IMG/VR virus record: IMGVR_UViG_3300044711_000109
Location: 1-46,844 of that record
Length of the DNA: 46,844 nt
DNA from: a virus
Direction: 5' to 3' (one strand)
The notes under the pieces are model-generated. The model made no database searches. It saw nothing but the letters and a program-made list of their open reading frames with translations, and was not told where the DNA came from. A program made the translations under genes and the position numbers. Below are positions 14,727 through 23,509 of the stretch, piece by piece (position 1 is the stretch's first letter; each line of letters begins with the position of its first letter).

Positions 14727-15610
14727 CCAACCAGAAGGACAATCCGACCACCACACGAACCGCCGGAGATGCGGCCGAGAGGGATCTTGCGGTAGCGATT
14801 TACGGGAGCGTGAAGTACGGCCAATGGGGACCGGATGACATCCGATCCGCGCTCCGTAGTCGCGGGCTCTGCTGCGTTGCGGCGGGCGGGGTGACGACCA
14901 AACACGAATACATCGTGAATGGCGTCTTGAAGGTGTGTCACCGCTCCTGCACCCTCCACCCCAAGCCAGCAAGCGAGCCGTCGAGCGCGGCACTCAATTA
15001 CGCGGCGTATGGTCCGACGTCGAAACCCGCGCCCCTTCCCGCTGGTGCGGCAGGGGAGGAGTGGGGGACGTGCTGCGCATATCCGAAGTCGCGGCACTGT
15101 ACCGAGGTGAGCACTCAATTAGCGCAAGCGGAATGCGAAAGCGCTGGATTCGTCCACCACCCGTTCACCGCCACCCCCGTCGCAAGCCCGGCCGAGGAGC
15201 CGCCGCTCACTGCTCGGCTGCCCAATGATGCGATTGAGGCAGCGCTGCGGTATCAAGGTACGCCAGAAAATCTCGATGAATGGTCGAAGACGTTGGCGGC
15301 GCATTCGTGTGCAGCGGGCGAGGTTGAGACAACTGGCGTACTACCGACAGCCAACGAGCCGCCAGCGGTGGTAGCGGAGGACCGGGCGACGCGGGCGGCC
15401 GAAGAATTCAGCTATCTAATTCCGAGCGACGTACGCAGTACAGTCGTCGCCAGCATCGCAAGGCACATCCGCTCCGCCTACGCCGACCAAACGGCGGAGC
15501 TGGAGAGGCTGCGGGATCTCACAAAGCGTGAACCGTATCCGTTCATCCTCGCGCTGAAGCGCCAGCTCACCGAAGCGAAGGCCGAAGCGGAGCGGCTGAA
15601 GGCCCAATGA
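14723..15610 (+). CDS. Hypothetical protein (possible replication initiator, by position only)
   Basis: 295 aa, directly upstream of and coupled to the DnaC-like gene. It contains repeated GCACTCAATTA 11-mers at 14990 and 15111. Confidence 0.5.
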   Translation: MTNQKDNPTTTRTAGDAAERDLAVAIYGSVKYGQWGPDDIRSALRSRGLCCVAAGGVTTKHEYIVNGVLKVCHRSCTLHPKPASEPSSAALNYAAYGPTSKPAPLPAGAAGEEWGTCCAYPKSRHCTEVSTQLAQAECESAGFVHHPFTATPVASPAEEPPLTARLPNDAIEAALRYQGTPENLDEWSKTLAAHSCAAGEVETTGVLPTANEPPAVVAEDRATRAAEEFSYLIPSDVRSTVVASIARHIRSAYADQTAELERLRDLTKREPYPFILALKRQLTEAKAEAERLKAQ

Positions 15611-16482
15611 ACGACGAACTGACCGTCGACCCGGCGCGCGAAGGTGGCGAAGGGACCGCCGAGGTCCTGACGCGCATGGGGGCGTGCCTCGCGTGCGAGA
15701 AGCCAATCCCGCAGACCTTCAACATCATTTGGGGGCCGAAATACTGCTCGACCGAATGCAGCGAGCGCGTGGCCGCCGAAGGTCGCGAGCGGACGGCCTA
15801 CTTCAAAGAGGCGCGCGCGCAGCACAATCGGCGGATGCGCCTGCAGCACTCCGGGTTGCGCGCTGACGTCGGCGCCGGCCGGCTGACCCTGGAGCGACTG
15901 CCGGACCTGTACGCCGAGACGCGCATCGAGGGAGGAGTCAACGTCGAGCGCTACCGCGAGATCGTTACGCTCCTCACCGATTTCGTGAAGGCGCCGCCGC
16001 TGCTACGAAAGGCCGGCGTCGCGGCGATCCTCTTCATACACGGGTCGAAGGGCACCGGCAAAACGTGGCTGGTCGAATCGGCGATCGGCTATGCCGTGCT
16101 CGAAATGAACGAATCCGCAATCTTCACCTCGCCGCTGCAGATGTGGGCGGATCTCAAGGATCACGAGCGCGGCGAAGCGCAGGTGATCGCCGACCTGACC
16201 GGCTGCGCTGTCCTCGGCATTGACGACTTGGCGCGCAAGACGACCCCGACCGAATGGGAGATCGCGACGCTCCTGCAGGTGGTCGATGAGCGGTATCGAA
16301 AGAACCGTCCGACGATCGTCAGTTGCAATTACTCAGTCAAAGAGCTGTTCGAAATGTGGTCTGACGCGGACGATCCGCGGAAGACGAAGAACTTGGAGTT
16401 GCTGTGCGACCGCCTGGCCGACAAGAAGGCGGCGATCAGCATCGCGATGAGCGGGAAATCGCTCAGAAGGGAACGTGCCTGA
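15607..16482 (+). CDS. DnaC/IstB-like helicase-loader ATPase
   Basis: Walker A is IHGSKGTGKTW and Walker B is VLGIDDL, followed by TIVSCNY. The N-terminus has a zinc-ribbon-like CLAC...CSTEC. Confidence 0.75.
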   Translation: MNDELTVDPAREGGEGTAEVLTRMGACLACEKPIPQTFNIIWGPKYCSTECSERVAAEGRERTAYFKEARAQHNRRMRLQHSGLRADVGAGRLTLERLPDLYAETRIEGGVNVERYREIVTLLTDFVKAPPLLRKAGVAAILFIHGSKGTGKTWLVESAIGYAVLEMNESAIFTSPLQMWADLKDHERGEAQVIADLTGCAVLGIDDLARKTTPTEWEIATLLQVVDERYRKNRPTIVSCNYSVKELFEMWSDADDPRKTKNLELLCDRLADKKAAISIAMSGKSLRRERA

Positions 16483-16739
16483 TGGCCGAAATACCGATGA
16501 CGACGTTCATTTGTCGCTGGTGTGGTGCGCCGTACGCATTGGCAGCTGCGATGGCCGAAAATGGTTTCATCGAAAAGCGTTGCCCGTCTGGTCATCGCCA
16601 CAGCGACGGTACGACGGTTCAGGATCGCCTCCGCGAATCTGAACGAGCTAGCGATGAACGGTGCGGCGAACTCGCGAAGCTGCGTGCGACCATCGTCAAC
16701 CTGAAGGGTCAGATCACGAAACTGAAGGCGAAGCGATGA
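16482..16739 (+). CDS. Zinc-ribbon plus coiled-coil protein (85 aa)
   Basis: ATG 16482 overlaps the upstream stop (TGATG). Sequence includes CRWCG...CPSGH and LRATIVNLKGQITKLKAK. Confidence 0.55.
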   Translation: MAEIPMTTFICRWCGAPYALAAAMAENGFIEKRCPSGHRHSDGTTVQDRLRESERASDERCGELAKLRATIVNLKGQITKLKAKR

Positions 16740-16942
16740 CCGGCTGGTTCCGCCTCGTCGATCGCCGCCGTCACCACCTGTTCGCGCCGATGGAGTCGAA
16801 CGCGTTCCTGCTCGTGCCGGAGTGCAAACGGCCGCTGATGATCGGGCGGCAGTACGAGGACCGGCTGAAGAAGCTGTCGGATCTGCCGCCCGGTGCGCTG
16901 TTGTGTCAGGGCTGTTCGGCGAGTCCGAAGGCGGCGATGTGA
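16736..16942 (+). CDS. Hypothetical protein (68 aa)
   Basis: ATG 16736 overlaps the upstream stop (ATGA). Confidence 0.5.
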   Translation: MTGWFRLVDRRRHHLFAPMESNAFLLVPECKRPLMIGRQYEDRLKKLSDLPPGALLCQGCSASPKAAM

Positions 16943-17451
16943 GCGGCTTCATCGGCATCGATCCAGGCAAGGACGGCGCTGTCGCATTGATCCGCGACGG
17001 CGTTCCGACCGTCATGCTTTGGGACACCCCGACCGTCAACGTCGGTCGCAAATCGCGCCGCGACTACGATGAAGTCGGCATGATCGGAATCCTGAGGGTG
17101 GCCCGTGAAATTGTCGGCGCGCAGGATCTGCATGTCGCGCTGGAGCTGGTCCACGCGATGCCCGGGCAGGGTGTCACGTCGATGTTCTCGATGGGTGAAG
17201 GCTACGGCCTGTGGCGCGGGATTCTTGCGGCAATTGGACTCCGCCGCGAGGTCGTGACCCCGCAGCGATGGAAAGGCATGCTGATGCACGGCCAGCCGAA
17301 AGAGAAGACGGCTTCGGTGATGGTGGCTGGGCGACTCTTCCCGCAGGCCGCCGCGCAGTTGCGCGGACCACGCGGCGGATACGAGCACAACCGCGCCGAC
17401 GCGCTCCTGATCGCCGAGTGGTTACGCCGAGCGCAGGGCGCTCCGTTTTGA
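16939..17451 (+). CDS. RuvC-like Holliday-junction resolvase
   Basis: GTG 16939 overlaps the upstream stop. Motifs are GIDPGKDGAVAL...LELVHAMPGQGVTSMFSMGEGYG...VTPQRWK...NRADALLIAEW. Confidence 0.75.
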   Translation: MSGFIGIDPGKDGAVALIRDGVPTVMLWDTPTVNVGRKSRRDYDEVGMIGILRVAREIVGAQDLHVALELVHAMPGQGVTSMFSMGEGYGLWRGILAAIGLRREVVTPQRWKGMLMHGQPKEKTASVMVAGRLFPQAAAQLRGPRGGYEHNRADALLIAEWLRRAQGAPF

Positions 17452-17505
17452 ACTGCGCTACACTTCCCTCCTGACGTCCCGAAATGACGCGGAGAGGGTG
17501 GGCGG

Positions 17506-17907
17506 GTGCGGATGACTGAGAAGCGATGGTTCCAGAAGCCGGAGTTCCTTTTCACAATCTTTGCGTTCGCCGCTATCAACGGCCTCACCTTCTGGCGATC
17601 GACAATCAACCAAGCGAAAGCCGACACTGACCAGCGGCGGGACTTCGAGGAGTTCCGCCGCAATCAGGACAGCTTCAACAAGGGTTTGCTCGACCGGATG
17701 TCGAGCTTCGAGAAACGCCAGGACGATGTGCTCAAGGCGTGGAACACGGAGCACGACGGCGTCAACACGCTGACCGGGTTGGTTGGAACTCTTCGGAAGG
17801 AGTACGATTCCTTCGTGCTGCGCCACGATGAGGACGAGCGGACGCAGAACGCTTACCAGACGAACACCCGCGAACGGGTGATCAAGCTCGAAGCGAAGCA
17901 ACCGTAA
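17506..17907 (+). CDS. Membrane-anchored coiled-coil protein (holin or i-spanin-like candidate)
   Basis: N-terminal TM helix (FLFTIFAFAAINGLTFW) followed by a charged helical region. It is the first gene of the lysis cluster. An alternative start is ATG 17512. Confidence 0.55.
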   Translation: MRMTEKRWFQKPEFLFTIFAFAAINGLTFWRSTINQAKADTDQRRDFEEFRRNQDSFNKGLLDRMSSFEKRQDDVLKAWNTEHDGVNTLTGLVGTLRKEYDSFVLRHDEDERTQNAYQTNTRERVIKLEAKQP

Positions 17908-17920
17908 AGGAGAGAGACCG

Positions 17921-18316
17921 ATGGCCACCAAGACCAAGACCAAAGCCGAGAAAATGAACTGCATCCCCTGCAAGATCATCATCGACTGCGGCGCGCTGAT
18001 CGTAGCCGCCGAGCAGTTCGCGGAGATGTCCGACACCCAGCCCGCCGAGCGCATCGCCGCGAAGGGCATGGCGCGCTACATCGACCGCTACATCGAGGCG
18101 TACGCGCTGATGGACGCGAAGGGGCTGACGAAGGGGTACGAGGAAGAGGCGGCCGCGTACTCGCAGAGCGCGTGCGACTTCGCGCTCCGCATCGACGCCT
18201 TCCGCGCCGGCGCCGAGGGGGCCGTCTCGCCGACCGCCGCCGAGTTCGACGCCTACAAGCATGAGTTGCTGAAGTTCGGTCAGGAGCTCGCCGGGTACGG
18301 GACCGACGAGACCTGA
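17921..18316 (+). CDS. Hypothetical protein (131 aa)
   Basis: This is the track ORF. ATG follows AAAGGAGAGAGACCG. Confidence 0.65.
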   Translation: MATKTKTKAEKMNCIPCKIIIDCGALIVAAEQFAEMSDTQPAERIAAKGMARYIDRYIEAYALMDAKGLTKGYEEEAAAYSQSACDFALRIDAFRAGAEGAVSPTAAEFDAYKHELLKFGQELAGYGTDET

Positions 18317-18756
18317 TGCCGACGAGGGACTACGCCGATGCCGATCCGCGGCTGGTCGCAAAGGTGACCGCCGCGACGGATCGGTTCAACGCCACGTTTC
18401 GGTCGCTCGGATACGAAGCGCGAGCGATCGAAGTCTTTCGCTCCGCTGAAGAGCAGATGGTCGCGTTCAAGGCCAACCGTTCGCGTTTCGACGGTGTGCA
18501 GCGTAAGAGCAAGCACAACACACGCCCGACTCACGCGATCGACTTCGGGGTCTTCCGGTTGAAGGACGGCGCGTACATCGACAACGTTGACGGCTTCGAC
18601 CGGGCAATGCTCGTCGCGCTCTACTGGAGCCTTGGGCAGCTCTTCCAGCGGTTCGGCCTGAGGTGGGGCGGTGATTGGGACAACGACGGTCTGCTCGTTG
18701 TGCCCGATCCGGACGAGTCGCTGAACGACATGCCACACGCGGAGCTGCCAGAGTAG
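18316..18756 (+). CDS. Endolysin, peptidase M15 family (L-alanyl-D-glutamate / D-Ala-D-Ala peptidase type)
   Basis: SKHNTRPTHAIDF, LRWGGDWDNDG and DMPHAEL match the H-x-D...H zinc-peptidase signature of T5-type endolysins. Confidence 0.8.
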   Translation: MPTRDYADADPRLVAKVTAATDRFNATFRSLGYEARAIEVFRSAEEQMVAFKANRSRFDGVQRKSKHNTRPTHAIDFGVFRLKDGAYIDNVDGFDRAMLVALYWSLGQLFQRFGLRWGGDWDNDGLLVVPDPDESLNDMPHAELPE

Positions 18757-18759
18757 CCG

Positions 18760-19197
18760 ATGCTCCTCGTGATCATCTTGTTGCTCTGGTTCGCCGACGC
18801 AGCTCCTGCGTTCGTGCCGGACTGGCGAGCCATCTTCACGGCCGCCATGCCGATGCTCATCGGAGCCCTCGTCGCGCTCGGCCTCATCACCACAGTCGTG
18901 TTGATGGTAATCCGCCGAGGAGAGGAGGAGCATCGCCGCCTCTTCTTCCGGTGGGTCGATACAAAGGAATTCCGAGACGCGCTGGATGACATCCGCAAGC
19001 CCAAGGAAGAGAAATTCCTGCGACTCATCGAGAAAGCCGCCGAAGCCGCCGACAAGGCCAACGATCTCGCGATGAAAGCGCACAACGCCATCGTGACAGA
19101 GCACAGCCCGATACGACACGACATCATCAACAAAATTAACGACGTTTCGATGACTCTTTCGGCCAGGATCGACAAACTGGAGCGGGCGGCGAAATGA
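18760..19197 (+). CDS. Holin-like membrane protein (two TM helices plus a coiled-coil tail)
   Basis: MLLVIILLLWFADAAP...AMPMLIGALVALGLITTVVLMVI. It lies immediately downstream of the endolysin. Confidence 0.5.
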   Translation: MLLVIILLLWFADAAPAFVPDWRAIFTAAMPMLIGALVALGLITTVVLMVIRRGEEEHRRLFFRWVDTKEFRDALDDIRKPKEEKFLRLIEKAAEAADKANDLAMKAHNAIVTEHSPIRHDIINKINDVSMTLSARIDKLERAAK

Positions 19198-19475
19198 ACG
19201 GACGTCCCCACCGCCGCGCAGTGCGCCCGCCCTGGTGGACGCGCACCAAGCGCGCGGCCTGCATTCTGTTCCTCACCGTCATCAACACGGCGATGGTCCA
19301 TTGCGGGAACGTGGAGGAGTGGAAAAAGTACCGGCCGATCTTCGGGCTGATAGCGGTGACCAGCAACGCATTCGTCATCGGCCTGTCGAAGTCGCCGCCG
19401 GATGCCGCGGTCAGCGACGCCGCCGAGAAGACGCAGGACGCAGCCGCGGCGAAGGGCGTATCATCGCCCGCATGA
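19194..19475 (+). CDS. Membrane protein (two TM helices), holin/antiholin candidate
   Basis: AACILFLTVINTAMVHC and IFGLIAVTSNAFVIGL. The start overlaps the upstream stop. Confidence 0.5.
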   Translation: MNGRPHRRAVRPPWWTRTKRAACILFLTVINTAMVHCGNVEEWKKYRPIFGLIAVTSNAFVIGLSKSPPDAAVSDAAEKTQDAAAAKGVSSPA

Positions 19476-19630
19476 AAAACCTCAGCATGCTCTCGCTCAT
19501 GGCCGCCGTCGTTTGCTTCATCATCGCTGGCGTCGTATCGCCCGCGCAGCCCTACAGCTCGCGGCTCGTCGCGATCGGTCTCGCGTTCTTCGCGGGGAGC
19601 TTCCTTCTCGCCGCGGTGCCGCACTCGTGA
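19472..19630 (+). CDS. Small membrane protein (52 aa, two TM helices)
   Basis: ATG 19472 overlaps the upstream stop (ATGA). Product is MKNLSMLSLMAAVVCFIIAGVV...LVAIGLAFFAGSFLLAAV. Confidence 0.5.
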   Translation: MKNLSMLSLMAAVVCFIIAGVVSPAQPYSSRLVAIGLAFFAGSFLLAAVPHS

Positions 19631-19673
19631 AGCCGCCGTCCGCTGAATCTACTTTCCAGAGGAGAACCGAGAA

Positions 19674-19922
19674 ATGAGACCATTTGCGGACAAGCTCCCT
19701 GATTGGGCGAAGGATGCGATGTTCAGCTCGATCGACATTCACTTCGGATTCATCGATCGGCTGAAGATCCTCTTCGGCTGGCGCGTCACTTTGGATGTGA
19801 GCACGGCCACGCAGGAAGAGATCATCGGAAAGCTGGAGACGCGTTCCGAAGTGCGCGTGTGGCGCCTTCCGATCTTCCGCAAGCCCGTCATGGGTTACGC
19901 CGAAAGTCCGCCGGAGAAGTGA
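19674..19922 (+). CDS. Hypothetical protein (82 aa)
   Basis: ATG follows GGAGAACCGAGAA. Confidence 0.55.
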   Translation: MRPFADKLPDWAKDAMFSSIDIHFGFIDRLKILFGWRVTLDVSTATQEEIIGKLETRSEVRVWRLPIFRKPVMGYAESPPEK

Positions 19923-21583
19923 TGAGATTCCGAATCGCCCTCGCCCTCCTCCTCTTCGCCGCGCAGCTCAGCGCGCAGTGGCCCACCCCCGCCAAGACCG
20001 CGAACACGCCGGTCCCCTGCCCCGCCTCGTGCGGCGTCGGCAAAGCGGGCAAGCTCACCGCCGGATGGTCTTCGCCCGTCACCGGCTACGTCGGCCGCTT
20101 CCTCGACAGCTCAGCGACGCAGGAACTCCAGGGCGGACCGTGGCGCACCCTTCGCGCGCGCGTCGTTCGCGTCGTCCCCGAGCGCGACCGGATCTACTTC
20201 ATTCTCGGCGCGAACGTCGTCTCCACGAAGCTCTCGACCTTCTTCGCGCGCGTCGAGACCGAGCGCATGACGCGGATGAACCGGTCGAACGGTGTGCCGG
20301 AATTCTTCCTGCCGTGGCAGTCGACGTTCTACGGGGAGTCGCAGTGGCCGGAGATGTCGCACACCGACGGGCAGGACCGCCTCTTTGACCTCGACGTCGA
20401 CGACCGCGGCATGGTCTATCCAGCGTACTCCACATTCGGCACCGGCGCGCTCTTCGACGATCCGATCACGGGCCTCGTGAGCCGGTTGAACATTCCGCCC
20501 GGTGGCGACGTGGTCGACGCGTACGCCGTGGTCTCGGTGAAGTCGGCCGGCCGGTACTACCTCGTCGTCTCGAGCATCACGCAGTCGCACTCGAACGTGT
20601 GGGACGTGACCAGCGTGGCCACGCCGATCAGGCTCCCGAACATCCAGACCAGCATTGCCGTGTGGACGAAGGCGGGCGTTGACCGGATTGCTGTGGTGAC
20701 CGCGACCGGGTTCGTCAAGGTCTACTCCGCCGCGGGCATCATCGCCGACCAGCCGATCGCGACCTTTGCGCCTCCGCTGTCGACCAGCTTCTTCACCGGC
20801 ATCACGAGCGACGGGGTGAACTTCTACGCGGTCTCGTTCCGCGCGAGCTCGGCGACGGTGGTCTCGGTCCTCTCGCCGCTGGCCGGGTCGTACGCGCGGC
20901 GCGATGAGACGCTGGCGTACCGGCACCTGTCGGGCCCGAAGGTGCGCTGGGGCGCTGGGTGGCTGGCCGTGTTTGGCGTGGAGGATGCGCCCGTGTTCGG
21001 CGGCAACGTGCGGTTCTACCGAACCGGCGCGGCGCTGACCGAGTCGCCGACCGACTACTTCGCGAAGTACTACAGCTCGTCGCAGAGCGCGGCGCTGGCC
21101 TCGCCGAATGCTGCGCAGATCGCCACCAGCGGCGCCGGAGTCGACGCCCTGCCGGTCCAGAGCGGCAGCAGCACCTACCTGCTGGCGATGTTCAGCAGCA
21201 TCGGCGACGTCTACCGACTGGCGGAATCGGGCGCCACGATGCCGACGCCGCAGCCTACGGTGACCCCTGCGTCAGTTCCGGCGCCCGTCCCTTGCCCGTG
21301 CCCTCAACCGGCCCCGCAGCCCGTTCCGGTGCCGCTGCCGGCGCCCACGGGACCTGTCATCGTGGCGGTGCCGCCGAGTAACCTGGAAGTTGGAACTTGG
21401 AACTTCTTCCAGGTGCAGCCCGGAATCACCGGCGATTGCCGCTGGTCGTTCGGCGATGGGACGCCCCCGTTCACTGCCCTCTGCTCGCGGTACGGCTCGC
21501 ACGCCTACAGCGCGGCGGGCACGTTCACGGTCAGCGTGACGGCGAGCGTGCCAGTGGCGGCAAAGCCGGTGGTGATTCGGTGA
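19922..21583 (+). CDS. Secreted protein with a C-terminal PKD-like domain
   Basis: ATG 19922 overlaps the upstream stop. Signal peptide is MRFRIALALLLFAAQLSAQ. A ~400-aa beta-rich body is followed by a Pro-rich linker (PAPVPCPCPQPAPQPVPVPLPAP) and then WSFGDGTPP...GSHAYSAAGTFTVSVTASV. Confidence 0.7.
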   Translation: MRFRIALALLLFAAQLSAQWPTPAKTANTPVPCPASCGVGKAGKLTAGWSSPVTGYVGRFLDSSATQELQGGPWRTLRARVVRVVPERDRIYFILGANVVSTKLSTFFARVETERMTRMNRSNGVPEFFLPWQSTFYGESQWPEMSHTDGQDRLFDLDVDDRGMVYPAYSTFGTGALFDDPITGLVSRLNIPPGGDVVDAYAVVSVKSAGRYYLVVSSITQSHSNVWDVTSVATPIRLPNIQTSIAVWTKAGVDRIAVVTATGFVKVYSAAGIIADQPIATFAPPLSTSFFTGITSDGVNFYAVSFRASSATVVSVLSPLAGSYARRDETLAYRHLSGPKVRWGAGWLAVFGVEDAPVFGGNVRFYRTGAALTESPTDYFAKYYSSSQSAALASPNAAQIATSGAGVDALPVQSGSSTYLLAMFSSIGDVYRLAESGATMPTPQPTVTPASVPAPVPCPCPQPAPQPVPVPLPAPTGPVIVAVPPSNLEVGTWNFFQVQPGITGDCRWSFGDGTPPFTALCSRYGSHAYSAAGTFTVSVTASVPVAAKPVVIR

Positions 21584-21768
21584 GCGAACCAACGCATCGT
21601 CAGGCACTTCAAGACGCCCTCGCCGCGTTCCAGCGCGCGCTATTCGAGCACTGCGAAGATTCGACCGAGGCCGAGAAGCTGGCGATCTTGGCGCACATCG
21701 AGGCGCGGAAAAACGTGAAGCTGGAAATCTACGAAGGACGACAGCCGCTCCGGTTCGGTGGTGACTGA
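21580..21768 (+). CDS. Hypothetical protein (62 aa)
   Basis: GTG 21580 overlaps the upstream stop (GTGA). Confidence 0.4.
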   Translation: MSEPTHRQALQDALAAFQRALFEHCEDSTEAEKLAILAHIEARKNVKLEIYEGRQPLRFGGD

Positions 21769-21804
21769 CTTCCGGTGGCGGCGAAGAGCTTCACGATTCG
21801 GTGA

Positions 21805-21833
21805 TTGACAAAGCGTCCATCCGGCCGCATCAT
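21805..21833 (+). promoter_or_regulatory. Sigma70-type promoter TTGACA-N17-CATCAT for the second XRE gene
   Basis: Perfect -35 at 21805-21810 and -10 at 21828-21833. The ATG at 21843 is 9 nt downstream, with no Shine-Dalgarno sequence. Confidence 0.55.
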
Positions 21834-21842
21834 ACGCAGAAC

Positions 21843-22112
21843 ATGCGTACACAAGCGGAAACGTTAGGACAGTTCATCCGGAGAATTCGCGAGGGGAAAG
21901 ACTTGACGCTTCGACTGGTCGCCAAGCGCGCGCGGATCTCGCCGTCGTACCTATCGGACATCGAGCTTGACCGCCGGTCCTTCTCGCCGAGGACCCTGAT
22001 CGCACTGTCGAAGGCGCTTCGCATCGATCAAGCGGAGCTGGCCGAGGCCCTGACTCAAAAGCGCATCGGCGAATTGCAGGCCGAGATGGACGCGCTGAGG
22101 GCGGGCAAATGA
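21843..22112 (+). CDS. XRE-family helix-turn-helix regulator with a C-terminal coiled coil
   Basis: LGQFIRRIREGKDLTLRLVAKRARISPSYLSDIELDRRSFSPRTLIALSKAL...ELQAEMDALRAGK. Confidence 0.8.
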   Translation: MRTQAETLGQFIRRIREGKDLTLRLVAKRARISPSYLSDIELDRRSFSPRTLIALSKALRIDQAELAEALTQKRIGELQAEMDALRAGK

Positions 22113-22318
22113 GCAACTGTTGCCCAACCTGCGGACACAAGTTGGCGAGCGCGTGGGAGCCGAAGCGGATTTGCTATCTGTGCCTGTGCCAAAAGCCGAT
22201 TCTCAAGCACCACAAATACGTGTACGACAACCCGGATGGCAGTTCTCGCGTGCGGCACCGCAACTGTTCCAGTCCCGAAGACTACCCGACATCAGAAACC
22301 TTGGAGGCGCACGCGTGA
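22109..22318 (+). CDS. Zinc-ribbon protein (69 aa)
   Basis: ATGA overlap with the XRE gene. Sequence is MSNCCPTCGHKL...CYLCLC...HRNC. Confidence 0.55.
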   Translation: MSNCCPTCGHKLASAWEPKRICYLCLCQKPILKHHKYVYDNPDGSSRVRHRNCSSPEDYPTSETLEAHA

Positions 22319-22343
22319 AGCTGCTCGTGTGGTTGTTCTCGTG

Positions 22344-22532
22344 ATGGAACAGAAGGTGGCGCGGCATGTTCGGTGCTTCGTCTGTGGGCGGAATCTCAAG
22401 CCTCGCCGAATTTGGAATTGGGTATTGAAGGCCACTGTCGATACGGTCCCGTACCACAAGCACCCTACCAGAGAGCGCGGCGACGATCGGTGCGATGGCT
22501 CGATGAAGTTACCTGCGAAGTCGGATCTTTGA
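22344..22532 (+). CDS. Small Cys-containing protein (62 aa)
   Basis: Internal ATG of the 22236..22532 track ORF. Sequence includes CFVCGRNL...HKHP...DDRC. The segment has lower GC. Confidence 0.4.
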   Translation: MEQKVARHVRCFVCGRNLKPRRIWNWVLKATVDTVPYHKHPTRERGDDRCDGSMKLPAKSDL

Positions 22533-22597
22533 ATGCGTGACTGCTAGTGAGGTGACGAGCACATGAGGCCGACGCCATCGTACAGCCGAGTCGGCAA

Positions 22598-22613
22598 TCA
22601 CGAACATTGAGAG
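22598..22613 (+). promoter_or_regulatory. TCACGAACATTGAGAG motif (copy B) upstream of the envelope-protein operon
   Basis: Identical 16-mer to 7985..8000 (-). It is followed by a CGGCGG-aacac-CCGCCG hairpin and the RBS AAAGGAGGAGGG before ATG 22648. Confidence 0.6.
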
Positions 22614-22647
22614 CTTCGGCGGAACACCCGCCGCGAAAGGAGGAGGG

Positions 22648-22833
22648 ATGCAGACAATTACAGACCGCGAGCGCGACTTCGCGATTTCGATTTTCCGCAG
22701 CATTACGGCATGGATCATCGACGTGGGGCGCGCGATCAAAAACGGCGGCGGCGAACAGCGCATTGAGGCGCTCGACCACTGCCAGGAGATAATCGACGAC
22801 ATCGTGAAATTCAACGCAGAGGAGCCCACATGA
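22648..22833 (+). CDS. Hypothetical protein (61 aa)
   Basis: Strong RBS AAAGGAGGAGGG. Confidence 0.65.
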   Translation: MQTITDRERDFAISIFRSITAWIIDVGRAIKNGGGEQRIEALDHCQEIIDDIVKFNAEEPT

Positions 22834-23231
22834 AACGAATCATTCCCCTCGCAGTTCTCTTCCTCACCCTCACCGGCTGCGGCACCATGCTCAACCCTGG
22901 CAACGTCATCCACCGCAACAGCTACGCGGAGTTCGCCAACGCCGCGCAGGACATGGCGGACGGCGGCACGACCTACCTCACCGCCGTCAAAGACATCGAG
23001 GGCAAGTGTCAGACCGGCAAGATCAATGCCGACGACTGCCTGGGCATTACCGAAGACGAGCGAGCCGTGCGCGTCGAAGCCCGCAAGGTCGAAGCGTTCC
23101 TGGCTGCGTGGAAAGCCGCCGGAGGTCGTCGCCGGGACAAGCCGGGCGGGTACGATGACCGCGCCGAACAGCTCCGTCTCGCCCGCCAAAAGGTCCTCAA
23201 CGCGCAACTGCTTTCGGAGGTTGTCCAATGA
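22830..23231 (+). CDS. Lipoprotein (signal peptide plus lipobox)
   Basis: MKRIIPLAVLFLTLTGCG, with lipobox L-T-G-C. ATGA overlap with the upstream gene. Confidence 0.7.
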   Translation: MKRIIPLAVLFLTLTGCGTMLNPGNVIHRNSYAEFANAAQDMADGGTTYLTAVKDIEGKCQTGKINADDCLGITEDERAVRVEARKVEAFLAAWKAAGGRRRDKPGGYDDRAEQLRLARQKVLNAQLLSEVVQ

Positions 23232-23509
23232 TCGTCACACTCGAAATGTTCACCGAAGCCATCGCCATCGCGCAGAAGGGCCAGAAGATCATTCAGGCCA
23301 TCGGCGCCGCCAAGACCGACGAGGAGATCGCCAAGGCCGCGACCGACGCCATCGCATTCACCAAGGAAGCTCGCGTGAAGTTGCGCGAGGAGATCGAGGG
23401 TCCTGCAATCACCGATGAGCAGGCGGCGGGCGCCATCGCCAACATCAAGAAGGGCATGGAGGGCTACCTCTACGTGCCCGACAACACGAGGAAGGAGCCG
23501 ACCACATGA
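23228..23509 (+). CDS. Hypothetical helical protein (93 aa)
   Basis: This is the track ORF, with an ATGA overlap with the upstream gene. Confidence 0.6.
   Translation: MIVTLEMFTEAIAIAQKGQKIIQAIGAAKTDEEIAKAATDAIAFTKEARVKLREEIEGPAITDEQAAGAIANIKKGMEGYLYVPDNTRKEPTT

Noticed and set aside
22830-23231. Calling the lipoprotein an o-spanin or u-spanin
   Set aside because: It is 133 aa, is not Pro-rich, lacks a C-terminal TM helix, and lies 3 kb from the endolysin/holin cluster with no embedded or adjacent i-spanin partner. It is kept as a generic lipoprotein.
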